Source of the DNA: Macrostomum hystrix
Taxonomy: Eukaryota; Animalia; Platyhelminthes
Reading direction: 5' to 3'
DNA length: 64,000 bases
Assembly: GCA_950097015.1 (NCBI GenBank)
Contig: CATNEN010000028.1
Location: 868,001-932,000 of the forward strand
Shown here: positions 35,421-46,190 of the stretch, in pieces
Position numbering within the stretch: the first letter of the stretch is position 1
How the letters are laid out: the number at the start of each line of letters is the position of its first letter
Notes under the pieces: generated by a model
Database searches by the model: none
Told to the model about the DNA's origin: nothing
What the model saw: only the letters and a program-made list of their open reading frames with translations
Program-made: the position numbers and the translations under genes

Positions 35421-37632
35421 AGGCCTTGGCAATTGCACTTTTGATGCTGTTGAATGCCTTGGTGTGGCTGGCGGTCCAATCCCACGGCTGGCCCTTTTTA
35501 GTCAGTTGGCGCAGCGGGGCTGACACGTCAGCGTATCCAGAAATAAACTTCGCCAGAAAGTTTGCTGTGCCAAGGAATGACCGTATTTCTGAGACATTGG
35601 CGGGCTGCCGGAAGTCCTGCATTGCTTGGATCTTCTCGGCAGCTGGTTGGATGCCCTTGGCTGACAGATGCATTCCGAGGAAGTCGACTGCTGGCTTGGC
35701 GAACTTGCACTTGTCTTTGTTCAACGTGATGCCAAACTCGCCGAGGCGTTGAAGACATACATTCAGTCTTTCATGATGTTGTTTGATATCTGCGGCGTAC
35801 ACGATGACATCGTCGTGGACCCACCTGACGCCGTCGATGCCGCTGAGGATGCCTAGCATAACCCGTTGAAGGATTTCTGAGGCGTTGGTAAATCCCATGC
35901 TCAGCCGCTTCAGTCGCATCAGTCCGAGCGGCGTGCTGAATGTGAACAGATGTCGGCTGTCTTCGTGCACGGGGATCTGATAGAAAGCTTTCCGGATGTC
36001 CAGATCGCTGAAAAGCTTGGCTCCAGACATCTCCTCGGTGACTTCGTCCAGTGTCGGGATCTGCTGCTTTTCCGGAACAACGAAGGCGTTCAGGTCGCGA
36101 AGGTCTTGGCAGATCCTGACGCCGCCGTCCGCCTTGGGCACTACGACCATGCGTGCCACCCAGGCGCTGGGTCCCTTGACTGCTTCGATGATATCCTGTC
36201 GCTCCAATTCCTTCATCTCGTCCACCACGGTTGCTCTTAGATGCGCCGCTACCCGGGAAGGCGCGTGGCAGACTGGAACGGCGTCGCCTGACAGCTGCAC
36301 TTTCACCTGGACGCCCTTGATGCATCCGATGCCTTCGAAGACTTCTCTGTGACGGTGCAGGATGTCTTGCAGCTGCGGTGACAGGCTCGCTGTGCTGTTT
36401 GAGTGCACGGCTTCCGTCCCACTCGAATCGGGGCGCTGGATTTTGAGCACTCCGAGTCTGAATGCGGGCTCGCGACCGAGAATCGTCAGGCCGTCACCAT
36501 CCATGATGTAGAACGGAATGACAGTGCTGGCTGATCCAACGTGGACTTGTAAGTCGGAGACACCAAGGATCTTCAGCGGTGAAGCGCAACCGTAGGCTCG
36601 CACCTCGGATTTTGGAGCTCGCAGATGCGGCCGGCTGAGCGTCTTGAAGGTGCATTTGCTCATAATGCTGCAGCTAGCTCCGCTGTCAATCATCATCGAG
36701 AGCTGCTGATCTCCCACTTGGACTTTCAGCGAGACGTCGGGCGGATAGATGCCTTCCCTTTGTAGTGTGAACACGTCTTGGCTGGAGGTGTCTCCAGGAG
36801 CTGTACTGTATGCGTTGGCGTGAATCTGCTGTTGGACTCTGTTGCTGCTTAACCGCGGCTGGCGGCAGGCCTTTGCTAGGTGGTTTGGCTTGCCACAGTT
36901 GTGGCAGATTTTGTCCTTGGCTGCGTCACAGGAAGCGTGGCCGCGCTCGCCGCAGCGGTAGCAGGTCTGTGACTGGCTCTGCCTGGCCTCGCTGTGTGGT
37001 CTGCGTTTGTCTGACGCTGTTTGGCTTCTATTGGCCACGCTGGCCACCTGCGACTCGGTGGTCTTCTCCATCTCAGCAGCCTGTTCTTCCGCAGCTTCGA
37101 ATGCTCTGGCCTTCCGCAGCGCGTCTTCCAGTGAGATGTTTGCTTCCTGGAGCAGCCGTCTGCGCAGCTTGTCGGAGGTGCATGTAGCAACAAGTTGGTC
37201 TCGGATGAGGGAGTCGCGTAAGTCGCCGAATTCACATGGTTCAGCAGCCGTCCGCAGTCTGCTGTACCAAGCTTCGATTTTCTCACCAGATTGTTGAACA
37301 CACAGACGGAACTGGTATCGAGCGTAAACGATGTTCTTTCTATCGTCGAAGTGTTGCTTCAGCCCCTTGAAGATTGTCTGCAGTGTGTGCTCCTGCTCCT
37401 GGCCGTCGGCGTCAGACCTGGGCTTTGGTAGTTCCCGAATGATGTCCGAGACTTCCTTTCCGGCCGTGTAGCAGAGCAGCTTGCATTTTTGGTTTTCATT
37501 GGCAATTCCAGATGCCTCAATAAAGTCTGCGAATCGCGCTGACCATTCGTTCCAACGTTTGCCTGCGTTGTGCGGGTCGTGAGTAATGAGAAATGGCTCG
37601 GGTGGAGGTAGAGAAACGTAGCTTGTGGCCAT
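35158..37632 (-). CDS. Gypsy gag-protease-RT polyprotein
   Basis: ATG at 37632 (MATSYVSLPPPEPF); zinc knuckles CYRCGERGHASC and CHNCGKPNHLAKAC; protease IDSGAS; RT LDIRKAFYQ, LSMGF, VHDD. Homology ends at AFNSIKSAIAKA (~35420), followed by out-of-frame read-through. Confidence 0.92.
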   Translation of the reverse strand: MATSYVSLPPPEPFLITHDPHNAGKRWNEWSARFADFIEASGIANENQKCKLLCYTAGKEVSDIIRELPKPRSDADGQEQEHTLQTIFKGLKQHFDDRKNIVYARYQFRLCVQQSGEKIEAWYSRLRTAAEPCEFGDLRDSLIRDQLVATCTSDKLRRRLLQEANISLEDALRKARAFEAAEEQAAEMEKTTESQVASVANRSQTASDKRRPHSEARQSQSQTCYRCGERGHASCDAAKDKICHNCGKPNHLAKACRQPRLSSNRVQQQIHANAYSTAPGDTSSQDVFTLQREGIYPPDVSLKVQVGDQQLSMMIDSGASCSIMSKCTFKTLSRPHLRAPKSEVRAYGCASPLKILGVSDLQVHVGSASTVIPFYIMDGDGLTILGREPAFRLGVLKIQRPDSSGTEAVHSNSTASLSPQLQDILHRHREVFEGIGCIKGVQVKVQLSGDAVPVCHAPSRVAAHLRATVVDEMKELERQDIIEAVKGPSAWVARMVVVPKADGGVRICQDLRDLNAFVVPEKQQIPTLDEVTEEMSGAKLFSDLDIRKAFYQIPVHEDSRHLFTFSTPLGLMRLKRLSMGFTNASEILQRVMLGILSGIDGVRWVHDDVIVYAADIKQHHERLNVCLQRLGEFGITLNKDKCKFAKPAVDFLGMHLSAKGIQPAAEKIQAMQDFRQPANVSEIRSFLGTANFLAKFISGYADVSAPLRQLTKKGQPWDWTASHTKAFNSIKSAIAKASRDQQIQPICSAASRCQSRGQTSARSSMKPTSTLCQLVPCQRASQSNRSERLQELMRKCRPHSARSEPATGTLSARCNAHSSPSAAN

Positions 37633-40440
37633 GCCCCGCGTTGGCTGCGATGGCTTGCGATGCCACTGTAGGAACTGAGAAATGCGACTGTTTGTAGTCG
37701 ATAGCCGAAATGTCATAAGAGCGATTTCAATGCGATTCAGTATATTTTATAACAGCCGAGTTGTGCTGGGGTGGCGGCTAAAGCCGCACCCCGTACATCA
37801 GTTAACGTGCGTGCCAAGGGGGGTAGAAAGGTGGCAGAGAGAAAGACTCAGAACGCCGCCAACCCCACGCACGCGTGACGGCTGGCGCCGCCTACATTGA
37901 CGAGGCCAGCATCTTTACCAATGAGTGAAGTGTGTTTCTTGCTACTCTATACATTTAGAGTAACCAGCTACCTGTACTTCATTATACAACATTTGTTGGC
38001 CTGTACATTTAAGTAAAGCCTATGTTCGAGTTCTTATGACATTTTAGTTTGTAACTTGCTTTTTTATCATCTCTGCATTTTGTATTTCAGGTCTGGTCAT
38101 TGTGGTATTCCATCTGGTATTCCAGAATCTGGTATTCCAGGTCAGGTCTGGTCAGTCCAGGTCTGAGACCTAGACGCTGACCAAAACACTCTCCACAACT
38201 TGAGGCGGTGCACGCGGCTCTGCTTTGTATTCAATTCCTACTGTGGCCCCAGCTGTGAGTCGACCAGCACACTGTACAAGTGCGCGCACCTAAAGCGGGC
38301 TTATGTCCTGGTAAGTCACTGGCAGCTACGGCTAGCAAGGCACATGATTACAGGCAGAAGCCTACTGCCTGGAGCCACTACAGGTGCTGCAACTGACACT
38401 ACATCGACTGGCTGCTGATGGACACCCCTAACCAAGCAGACACCTCATTGTGGTGACATTTGCTGGCCCTCAGTCACGAAATCTGACACTCCCCCCTGAC
38501 CTCTGGGCCACTCATTGCCAGTGGGGCTGCATTTTGTTAGTTAGTTAGTTAACTCTGTTTTGTTAAGGGTGTTTTGGTTATTCAAAAAGATATATAAAGC
38601 TATAAGATGGTGCAAAATCTTTTTATTTGGACCACTAGAATGAGGTAAGAAGTACAAACACTTTTAAACAACCTTTGTAACTTTTTAAATTTGTAACAAT
38701 TGTTTAAAACTGCTGGTAGTGCCAGCCAAATCTTCCTGGTAAAATATGAGCCTAGCTACTGATAGTAGAAATAAATGTATAAATTTAATTTTTAACTGAA
38801 ACTATTTTTTCTTCATTGAGTACTCTTTTTACTGCCAAATTAATCAATTCTTATGTAATTCTGTGATTAAGTGGGCTCAAATGCTAATTGTTATATTCTT
38901 ATGTTTACTCATTAATCTTTAAGATCTATTGGTAAACCAGGTAGATGTTTTGGCTATCTATAACCAGTTTATATATTTTCGTTTTAGCTTGCATAATTGA
39001 TCAGTGATAGATTATTCTATGCCTTACCTGATCCATTAGAAAAATATATTTTATTTTGAATTAAATTCTTAGAAAAAGTAGGCCTAATAATAATAATATA
39101 CAAGTATTATGTGTTCTTATTTTATTCTTACAAAGTTTTAGAAATTTTATTCTTAGTCAGAGTTCAGGTATAGTAAAAATGCAAGTAATAAGTTTCCTCA
39201 GTAAAAGCTATTTTTTCATGTCTTTTGGCTGTGTGTAATGACTATTCTGTAGTGTATGGTAATGATATAAAGTTAAAGTAAAAATACTAAAACTTCTACA
39301 AAAAGGCATCACTATATGCTATAAATTTAATTTTATCTTCCCAGTTTTAATTTAACTGACTAATGATACATATTATATTTTCATTACAAAATTGAACAAA
39401 TCAAGCTTATTTAAAAAATAAGTGAATTAACAAAGTGCAAAAAATGATTAAATCAGACACACTTTATATGCCTAAATTAATGTTTGTAAGGCAGATCAAT
39501 GTGAAAAATATGAAATAATAATGCAGCTACTTATGGACGACTTAAATAATGAAAATGTCTTTAAATAATGACAAACAAACGAAAAAATTCGAAAACATTC
39601 TGTGAAAACAATCATGAAATATCTTACAACGTGTATGATGCACTGCAAATTAAATTATATCACATGAATGCCCTACTATAATAGTATGTTATGCTTATAT
39701 TATATTAAATACATCACACTACATCTTTAAAATCTGCCTAGTATTTCAGGCTACAGCATAAAATGTTGGAATGATTGCTAATCTATGCAATGCAGAAATG
39801 CTTACGTTTAGATTTTCTATATTCTTGGAAAAGGCATGCCGATCAATATTCAAAAATACAGCATTAAAACTGTGTTTTGAATGTTGCTGAATTTTGCTGT
39901 CAATAAAGACAATAGCTTTGAACACAAAACAAATTTAATTACTACAGTATGCGTAACTTGTCTTCTTATTTTGTATACTAATACTTGATCAATATATACA
40001 TTAGCATCGTAGGAACCTTTCAGTTTCACGCTATTTTGCTAAACCAAGAACACTCGCGCGATTAAATATTACACACTATCAATTATAGTTGTGTCAAGTA
40101 TCTTTGTATGAATGTTTTCGAGTCATTGTGATCCTGCCCTTAGCACTCAAAGATTATATTATCGGTTCTCTTTGTCCTACTAATGAAAGTTTTCAATTCA
40201 AAGTAAGAATTTGCATCCATCTGCTACAGTGCTACCTAGCTACCATATTGGGTGTTAATTTTCATAGTATGTGAATCTGTGTTATAAAAATCTCCGATAC
40301 GGAAATTCAAACCCAAATCGCAAAGAAGAATCTGATACTGATAAAAAAACGATACGAAAAAAACTTTAAAAAATTGCGACATTTGTTACAGACTTTGAGA
40401 CTGACAACACTAAGTTAAGTAGACTGCTGGTCAACAGAAC

Positions 40441-42309
40441 ATGGGTTGCTCTCCATCTCGCAGCGTTGTTCAATATACTGGTAAGTTCTTATTAGCTTTT
40501 ATTGTCTAATATATTTTAATTTGTATAATGAGCAGCAAATTTATTATTAAAGTCTGCATCATTTTCTAATCACTTTTTTTAAAACTATTGGTGCAGTATG
40601 GGCGACAGAAAATGGCTAATGATTAGTAAAGCTCACATGATTGACATGATATTCTTTCCATCGAATCATTTACCGAATGCTTTATCAATCCAAGCAAGCA
40701 TAAACAGTTTAATTCTTCATATTTTAGCTAGCCTAATCTTGTATTATGTCTTTATAAACTTTTTTTGGTTTGTTAACCAAATTTGAGTGATCCGGTATAG
40801 ATTACTAAGCTAGGACTAAATATCATTTCTAATAAATATTGACAACTGAGACCAAGAAAGGTTCTTGTACAATGGCCTAGAACTTTTGATACAAGTTTTT
40901 GCTATTAGCAAATTACAAAATATATAATCTGAACATTGCTAGCTACATGTAAGTAAAATTTTTCAAAACTTTCAAAAAAGCTAAATCTTTACATTAAATG
41001 GTCTACTGGTTTCAGAAATGCCCGCAGGCAAATCACCAACATATCTCTCACGATCTGCTGAGGTCAAGCACAGTATTGGCCTGCTGGTTGATGTGAAAGG
41101 ATTCTCTGATGCTGTCATATCTCTTTGTGGGCCTCAGGAAACAGTAAGTTTTCTATCTGCATTATCAATTTGTACAAATTTAACCGTTTTAAAGTTTTTT
41201 CTTTTTTAACTTGCAATGCCCACTTGTTGAAACTTTTGTTGATTTACAGGTGGACTATGAGGCAACGATTGGTGCTCTAGGCAACTCCCACTGTCTACTA
41301 AGATCTTGTCGAGATGCAGATGTGACTGCCCACTGCAACTCACCCAGTGTGCTCAATCAGACTGACTATCGTCAGATCTGGCTCACCTGGCGACAGTGTC
41401 AGCTCTCATTGGGAAAGTGAGTTTGTGCAGTATGCTTCTTTTATGTCTCAAAGAAAAAGAATTAATTATTAATTTTAATAACAATTTTAATAATTGCAAA
41501 CGGGCTGCAGGTAATGGCACATCATTTGGTGACGCTAGACCCGCAGCCAGCGAGGAGGCAATTCTGCCCATTTCGTCCACTCCTGAGCACACACGCACAG
41601 ACGAGATACCTTGCGTGTGCACTCTCTTACACAGGTGTGTAGATCTGCCCTGACTTTCTCATCGTCTGGCAGTGTACACTTCACTATGCCTTGTGTAGTG
41701 GTGGACGAAAAGACTCAGGCCGCTAACTGCCAAGCTCCAATATTTATATTTGAAACGATCGATATTGAGGTGGGTTACAAGACGAATCAGAATCAGTGGA
41801 GAATGTACATGGTTGGGTAAGAGGGGCAGACAGCCAAACTGTGCAAGCGATGTACGCAGCCCTAGAGGGGGGTTACACCTTGGAGGTTGGCCCTCAAGGG
41901 CGTAAATTGCACGACAAGCCCCCAAGTTTTCTCTCCGCGGCTGCGCCCCAATTTAATGTGGTCTCACTGCGGAATCAAGCTCAGCATGCATGCTTCTTTC
42001 ATATCTCATCGCTTTCCATTATTTCGTATTCTTAATAATTTTACTGTTTTACTCCGTATACAATTTCTCCTACCTATAATAATCCTGTAAATATGCACCT
42101 CCCACCTGTCCACTGTCTCTTGCAGCGGCGCACGGCCAGGCCTTGCCAGTCAGGAGCTGCTTTGCCTGCCCACCGAGGTGACGCAGTCGCCATCGGGTCA
42201 GGCCGAGTCATACCGACCCTACTGCATCAAGGTGTCCTGCCCCGCTGCAGGCAGTAGGGTTATTTTCCGCAATCCTCGTCTGCTGTGTGAGCTGACTGCC
42301 AACTTATGA
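40441..42309 (+). CDS. FAMeT-like (Methyltransf_FA) domain protein with N-terminal MGC acylation motif, ~173 aa
   Basis: Exons 40441-40480, 41016-41143, 41250-41416, 42126-42309 join with matching phases (1,0,2): MGCSPSRSVVQYTEMPAG..VKGFSDAVISLC..DYEATIGALGNSHCLLR..NSPSVLNQTDYRQIWLTWRQCQLSLGNG. This fits the DAhiaL..YEiviGgwgN..tp.iL....r.FWisW..i.vG pattern. The last exon may instead splice at ~42287. Confidence 0.75.
41500..41985 (-). mobile_element. tRNA-Leu-like SINE copy (5'-truncated) split by a solo LTR
   Basis: 41500-41693 and 41878-41985 are collinear with the reverse complement of 17836-18166. Confidence 0.8.
41694..41877. mobile_element. Solo LTR, 184 bp
   Basis: Termini TGTA..TACA, flanked by 5-bp direct repeat CCTTG (41689-93, 41878-82) that occurs once in the uninterrupted SINE; AATATAAATA motif on the minus strand. 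Confidence 0.8.
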
Positions 42310-43382
42310 ATGATTTTCGCGTGTGTCTCTACCTTTATAGATCATATTTCTGCTTTTGTTCCTACCATTTCAGTTGAAGGCGACTATTGAGGAAATTCTA
42401 TGAAGTCAAAAGAGACCCAATCAGACGGGCTTCGGCATTACACAGCCCTCTGTGGCTTGCAACCATGCAAGTTCTACTTTTGAATATATCATAATAAATC
42501 GAAATTTTGGCTGTAAAAAAGCTGTCTATTTTCTATTCCATTTTGTCTAGAGAAACACCAGCTGTGACAGTCGATGCATTTGGTTTTTTTTAATTTAAAC
42601 AGTTGCTATATCCTTGCTTATAAAAACTTTCTAACACATTTTCCTAACTGTCCCTGTGTAAACGATTTGTCGTTATTCTAGAATTTAATTGTCTCTCCAG
42701 TGCTTTTAATAAGCGTAATCATCTAATAGTTTGTTTAAAATAACTTCTCAACGGTAAACTTTTTAGACTTCTGTAATTTGTGACTGCATGCGGTTCCGTT
42801 TATTGAAAAGAAAAACGATAAAATATCCGTTTATTTAGCGGTTCCGTTTCGTTAGTTCCGTATATCTTGGTTTAAAATATTTGAAGTGAAATATTTTACT
42901 TAAGAGCAAAAAAATCTTTTTTTATCTACGAAACTAATAAAAAATAAACGTGATATTGAGACATACATTTTTTACTTTCCTACTTTTAGTAGATCGTTCG
43001 GCAAACGATGCGCAAAGGTGCAGTTTTTTCGATTGCTTATTTAATGCTTTTTACCGTACTGAATTGAAATGCACAGTTTACTGGATTTCTTAACATAGTA
43101 CACGAGATACAGAAAAATAATAATTAACCTGACAAAAGTACAATTGAATGTCGAGCACGGGTAGCTCGGCTCCTGTCGCGTCAATCGCTGGGCTTCAGTG
43201 AGTGAGCTGCGATTTTTCCATAGACATTTGCCCCGCCCAGCTCAATTTCGCTAGCGAGGCAAAGCAGATGAGAGCGGCATTAACCAAGAACTGCGTTTTG
43301 CGCTTTGAAACGGCCTGCTGGGTGCGCAAGATTTCGTAATCGAAACTGACTGTGCAATTCTTGGCCGGCAGATTTGACAGTC

Positions 43383-44591
43383 ATGGCGAAGTACTCCCGC
43401 ACAAATCTCATCATCAATTACCTGCCTCAGGCCTTCTCTGACGAAGAGTTTCGCGCCCTATTTAGCAGCGTGGCTCCCGTCAAGCGGGCCAAAGTGTGCC
43501 GAGACAAGCGCAGCGGCTACAGCTTCGGCTTCGGCTTCTGCGAGTTCTACACAGCAGACGACGCTAGCCGGGCAATCCGAGCGCTAAACGGCCTGCAGCT
43601 GCACAGGAAGACGATCAAAGTGGCGCACGCCAGGCTGCAGAGCGCAGAATCCAAGAACTGCAACCTGCACATCACCAACCTGCCGGCCAGTGTCACTATA
43701 GATGAGATTCGGGCCGTTCTAGAGCCGCATGGTGGCATCATTAACTGCAAGATCCTTCCCTGTAGTTCTCGACCAGGTGACGGCGGCAGCAGCGCCACCT
43801 CGCGCAGCGTTGGTTTCTGCCTCTTTGAGACTCGGTCGGCGGCCGCGTCCGCCCTGGCGGCTTTGAACGGAAAGCCGTGGCCGGGCGCCGCGGAGTCAGC
43901 CGAGGCCTCAGCGCAGCAGGTCGTGCAGGTTCGCTTCGCGGACGAGAACGAGAAGAAAGTCCGACCACCGGTCAGTCACGCCAGCCCGGCACTGAACTCG
44001 AGCTTGGCACCGCCCATGCAACCGCCGCTGCCGCTGCAGCACCTGTCAGTGCCGCTCTCTCTGCCGCACCCACCGCCGCCGCCACTTCAGCCGCCGCTGC
44101 TATCCCAGGCCTACGAATTCAGCAACGGGGCCAGTAGCTGCTTCTATTCCATGCATTCCATGCAGCAGCAGCAGCACAGTATAACCCTGCAGCCCCCGCC
44201 GCCGCCAACACCCTACGGCTATGCTGGCAACTGGCAACTGGCGACTGCTAGTCTGGCAACTTTTCCGCAGCCGCCGCAGTTCTATTCCACCGAGCCTCCC
44301 CAGCCTCCGCAGCCGCAGCCAGTCTTCACCGTCAGCGTGTGCAACCTGCCGCCCGGCTTGGACGAGCGCCAGCTGTGGGCAATGTTTGGTCAGTTTGGCG
44401 CGATGGTCGAGGCCAGGCTAGAACCCGGTAGCGGCCGTCAACCAGCTCTTGCGGAGGGTGACCTGCAGCCTCCTGGCGCGTCAGCGGCGGTGTCCTTCGC
44501 CGCTTACCAGTCGGCCGCCGCAGCCGCCGCCCACTGGAACGGCCAGTCGGTTGGCGGGCGCCAGTTGCAGGCCTGGCTCAGGTTGCCATAG
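43383..44591 (+). CDS. Sex-lethal/ELAV-family RNA-binding protein, 3 RRMs, intronless, 402 aa
   Basis: RRM1 TNLIINYLPQ..GYSFGFGFCEF..ALNGLQL..TIKVAHAR; RRM2 NLHITNLP..VGFCLFE..ALNG..VRFADE; Pro/Gln hinge; RRM3 VCNLP..LWAMFGQFGA..WNG..GGRQLQ. Confidence 0.88.
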   Translation: MAKYSRTNLIINYLPQAFSDEEFRALFSSVAPVKRAKVCRDKRSGYSFGFGFCEFYTADDASRAIRALNGLQLHRKTIKVAHARLQSAESKNCNLHITNLPASVTIDEIRAVLEPHGGIINCKILPCSSRPGDGGSSATSRSVGFCLFETRSAAASALAALNGKPWPGAAESAEASAQQVVQVRFADENEKKVRPPVSHASPALNSSLAPPMQPPLPLQHLSVPLSLPHPPPPPLQPPLLSQAYEFSNGASSCFYSMHSMQQQQHSITLQPPPPPTPYGYAGNWQLATASLATFPQPPQFYSTEPPQPPQPQPVFTVSVCNLPPGLDERQLWAMFGQFGAMVEARLEPGSGRQPALAEGDLQPPGASAAVSFAAYQSAAAAAAHWNGQSVGGRQLQAWLRLP

Positions 44592-44964
44592 CAACTGCTT
44601 ATATTGACTACCAAAAAACCGAAATTCAATCTCAGATGTATTACGTTTTTATTAATTTTATCTCCGTAGCCTCTCGTGTTCGCAGAATAATTTTAATTTT
44701 TTTTAGTTGCACATTTTTGGCTTCGTCTGCTCGCTGAGCTCATCTGAGCTCATCAACTGTTCCGTACTTCCATTTTAACTGATAATTTTTCCGAAACAAA
44801 ACTGCGCGTCGCAAGTGTGGAAGAATCTAAATTTATATCGCTTTCTACCTGGAAACTTTTTTGGTTATAATTTAAACTCGACTTGCTGAATTATTTATTC
44901 ATCATTTTAATTAAGTTCTCTGCCTTTCACCTGCGGTTTTCCTGCTTCTTTTCAGCTTCTTAGC

Positions 44965-46010
44965 TGCTTCTCATCTGCTTCTCATCTGCTTCTAATTCGC
45001 TTCTCATTTGCTTCTCACCTGCTTCTCATCTGCTTCTCATCTGCTTCTCATCTGCTTCTCATCTGCTTCTTATCTGCTTCTTATCTGCTTCTCATCAGCT
45101 TCTTATCTGCTTCTCATCTGCTTCTCATTTGCTTCTCACCTGCTTCTCATCTGCTTCTCATCTGCTTCTCATTTGCTTCTCATTTGCTTCGCGCCTGCTT
45201 CTCATTTGCTTCTCATGCGCTTCTCATCTGCTTCGCGCCTGCTTCTCATTTGCTTCTCATCTGCTTCTAATTCGCTTCTCATTTGCTTCTCACCTGCTTC
45301 TCATCTGCTTCTCATTTGCTTCTCATCTGCTTCGCGCCTGCTTCTCATTTGCTTCTCATCTGCTTCTCATCCGCTTCTCATCTGCTTCGCGCCTGCTTCT
45401 CATTTGCTTCTCATCTGCTTCTAATTCGCTTCTCATTTGCTTCTCACCTGCTTCTCATCTGCTTCTCATCTGCCTCGCGCCTGCTTCTCATCTGCCTCGC
45501 GCCTGCTTCTCATCTGCTTCTCATCTACTTCTCATCTGCTTCTCACCTGCTTCTCATCTGCTTCTCATCTGCTTCTCATCTGCCTCGCGCCTGCTTCTCA
45601 TTTGCTTCTCATCTGCTTCTCATCCGCTTCTCATCTGCTTCGCACCTGCTTCTCATCTGCTTCTCATTTGCTTCTCATCTGCTTCGCGCCTGCTTCTCAT
45701 TTGCTTCTCATCTGCTTCTAATTCGCTTCTCATCTGCTTCTCATTTGCTTCTCATATGCTTCTCATCTGCTTCTCACCTGCTTCTCATCTGCTTCTCATC
45801 TGCCTCGCGCCTGCTTCTCATTTGCTTCTCATCTGCTTCTCATCCGCTTCTCATCTGCTTCGCACCTGCTTCTCATCTGCTTCTCATTTGCTTCTCATCT
45901 GCTTCTCATTTGCTTCTCATCTGCTTCTCATCTGCTTCTCATTTGCTTCTTTTCTGCTTCTCATCTGCTTCGCACCTGCTTCTCATTTGCTTCTCATCTG
46001 CGTCTCATTT
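44965..46010. repeat. 11-bp minisatellite (CATCTGCTTCT)n
   Basis: Tandem array; source of the spurious LLICFSSASH ORFs. Confidence 0.95.
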
Positions 46011-46099
46011 GAAGTACTTCTCATTTCTCATTTGCCTCTTTTCTGCTTCTCATTATATCCTCGAGCCAGACACATAATTTAATGGTGTAGAGTTCTTTG

Positions 46100-46190
46100 T
46101 GGGTGTGGCGGCTTCCACAGTCCATGGACTGAACAGTTGTGCGCTTGCACCGTTTGGAAGAGCCACGCAACAGCTGCGGCTGCGTCACAG
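46100..46190 (+). mobile_element. 3' fragment of the CORE-like SINE family
   Basis: GGGTGTGGCG..CAGTCCATGGACTGAACAG..AGCTGCGGCTG matches 28157-28240. Confidence 0.65.

Larger units (their letters stand above)
33490..37896 (-). mobile_element. Ty3/Gypsy LTR retrotransposon (Mag-like), 4407 bp, RNase H deleted
   Basis: 230-bp LTRs 33490-33719 and 37667-37896 (TGTAGG..CCTACA, one mismatch); 5-bp TSD TTGAC at 33485-89 and 37897-901; PBS-like TGGCATCGC inside the 5' LTR; PPT GGGGGGGAGAAG next to the 3' LTR; domain order gag-PR-RT-IN. Confidence 0.97.

Noticed and set aside
35420-35440. Programmed -1 frameshift between RT and integrase
   Set aside because: No slippery heptamer at the junction, and the frame change coincides with loss of RNase H, so a deletion explains it.
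45008-46082. Hydrophobic LLICFSSASH ORFs resembling membrane proteins
   Set aside because: 11-bp satellite translations.
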